Origin: Takakia lepidozioides
Lineage: Eukaryota > Plantae > Bryophyta
Assembly (NCBI GenBank): GCA_030704615.1
Contig: CM060732.1
Coordinates: 62,744,001 to 62,808,000, forward strand
Direction of reading: 5' to 3'
Length of the DNA: 64,000 nt
Of the stretch, positions 62,103 through 64,000 are shown piece by piece. Each line of letters starts with the position of its first letter. Position 1 is the first letter of the stretch. Both the position numbers and the translations under genes were made by a program. The notes below the pieces were generated by a model that was not told the DNA's origin, did not search any database, and was given only the letters and a program-made list of their open reading frames with translations.

Positions 62103-63704
62103 CTACACCATTTGTACACCATTAGCTGGCTTTACAGTACTTCCAGAAGCTGGAAAGTCCGCGTGAGGTCTCGTCTTACTGTCGAATTGCGCTTGGCTGA
62201 CAATGTGTTGCCAGCGCTCCAAGAACAAGTATATGAATCCAAGGAGTGCAACTTGAACGGAGAATGCAATGTACAGACCCTGTTTGACAGTCAAACAAAT
62301 AACCATGCTCAGTATCTAAGAAAAAGGGGAAGTGTACCAGAAGGAAGCCAACCTTACTGAGTACTCAATCCATGAAGGCGGTTAGTTCGGACTTATACTC
62401 TCCGACCTTTCATGCCCAATTCTGAAAATCTCACCAACAACATAATTTGCCGATCGATGGATCGAGTATGACAATATCTACTAAACAAGCAATGATGCAC
62501 AGCTATGATTCTACATTGAGAAGTGGATATGATACAGACCCGTAATGTGCCGGCATTAGGCCAGTCTCCAACGTACAAAGCTAGGCCTTGGAAAATGTTG
62601 TACCATCCCAGTACAACAGCTGTCGTGCCAAACAGCCAGTGCACCACATACCAGTATGGCCTTAGAAATCCCCTGCAAATTGCACAGATACATTGTTTTC
62701 AATGATGTGGAAACTATTCAATGCCAGTAGAGTTTGAGAGATCTGGGAGAATCTTGAAGGCCCGAAACAACTTCATTCAAGTGTACTCAGAACTTGTGCT
62801 ATTGCTATCGCAGTGCCCCACTACTCACATTCGCCCCCTCCCTCCGTTCGAGCTTTAAGCAGAGCGAAAAATGTGGCCACATGATCACAGGCCAGGCAAT
62901 CAAACTTCTCCCTCTCTCTCACAGACACACCCAAGGTCCGAGGTGGAATTGGGTGCATACTTCTTCGGTCTGAGCAAGGCGATGACAGATGCATCAGATG
63001 AGGAGTCCAATGGCCAGCCCCATCTTGGCATGCAAGGAATCTGGAAGGGCTTGAAACTTCCTCAGGCCGATTCCAAGGCCTATCGTTGCGCATATCAATC
63101 CCACACTGGACACTAGGCATACTTGACCACGCAGCTGTCAATCTCGGCCCTTACGATCTAGCTACCGACAAATGTCACGGTCATGCATATCCACAGTCAG
63201 AAAGGTTATAGTGAAGATGAAAGCATCAAAAATTCATAGCGCCGGACTAATTGAGCGTGCAAATTTTGCATGACAAGGTTACAGAATTTCGTAGAAGTGC
63301 TCTTCCTTGTAGCCGTGGAGGAAGAAGTGCGAGCACTGTCCAATATTAAGCAGGCTTTGTTCCCAAGTAAATTGGAAAGGCCTTCAGGTGCACACTACTG
63401 CACTGATTATGTGTGCTGAACTAGTCATGCACAATCCTTGAAACAAAGTGCCGGAAAAAGTCTCAGGAATTGAAGTACTGACCTGGAGAATGTAGTGAAG
63501 GTTAAACCAATACTTGATGGAGGATTGACCGTATTTGGAAACAAGAATTCCTGCCGGGAAGAAAACTCCGAAGGCTAGCCATAGCAACCAACCGTGGGCT
63601 TTATACCATCCTTCTGTAGGTTGGGCTGCAGCCTTCGTCACTAAGGACATCGACACACATACAAAAAGAATCGAGGCCAAATGCATTCCCAGAAACTTCC
63701 CCAT
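62103..63704 (-). CDS. Cytochrome b561 domain-containing membrane protein; exons ~63704-63483, ~63130-62960, 62672-62540, 62279-62103
   Basis: Signal peptide, then AHGWLLWLAFGVFFPAGILVS, WFNLHYILQ, SLHAKMGLAI, ALLRPKK|GFLRPYWYVVHWLFG (four conserved His). Exon 2 has two 1-bp deletions near 62990-63000 (pseudogene or assembly error). Confidence 0.75.
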
Positions 63705-64000
63705 TCTTGAACCCAAGCGTTTCAGTCTACTCACTTCACATCTACGTGAACAATCTGCCAATTACACCGCTCGAGAGTTCTAGCTCTACCTGAACCTGCA
63801 GATACTCCGACTAGCTATTAGCCCTCATTACACCAGCGTGCAGTGTGTGAAATGCTAGCTCAGCACAGTTACTAGAACTGACACCAGCTCTAGCCCAGGC
63901 CTGGAAGATGTCCTATCTACTTTGTCACTTCTCTTGAAGAAGTGCCTCTACACACATACCCTTTCTACCTAGTACCCGATAGTAATGTTCGAAAGAAAGT

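Overview
Eukaryotic nuclear DNA from a land plant, most likely a non-seed plant (moss, liverwort, lycophyte or fern). This is inferred from the PPR-DYW style and the retroelement types, not proven. Apparently intact host genes: an intronless DREB A-6/ERF-Ib AP2 transcription factor (14655-16598 +), an intronless PLS-E-DYW RNA-editing PPR gene (18618-21467 -), and a spliced mitochondrial carrier gene (48884-52595 -). A spliced cytochrome b561-domain gene (62103-63704 -) has two 1-bp deletions in exon 2. Most of the rest is nested mobile DNA and gene debris. The standout is a full-length, decayed ~11.3-kb non-LTR retrotransposon (30083-41343 +, 12-bp TSD). It encodes both an APE and a restriction-like endonuclease (Dualen/RandI architecture), plus RT, RNase H, a 2A-like motif and an unexpected chromodomain. 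It has long 5' hairpins and a compact 3' RNA structure (GNRA/UUCG hairpins and an AGUA/GAA loop-E motif) shared by two other copies in the window. Also present: a second retro-inserted short-repeat family with 14-16-bp TSDs, a tRNA-derived SINE, a MITE inserted twice at GGCT, a TTAA/CCC piggyBac-like MITE, an RTEX-type LINE remnant, a decayed Ty1/copia element, co-oriented intron-containing gene fragments ending at a Helitron-like terminus, and an orphan ORF with a divergent Dof-like finger. All calls are by eye; no database searches were run.
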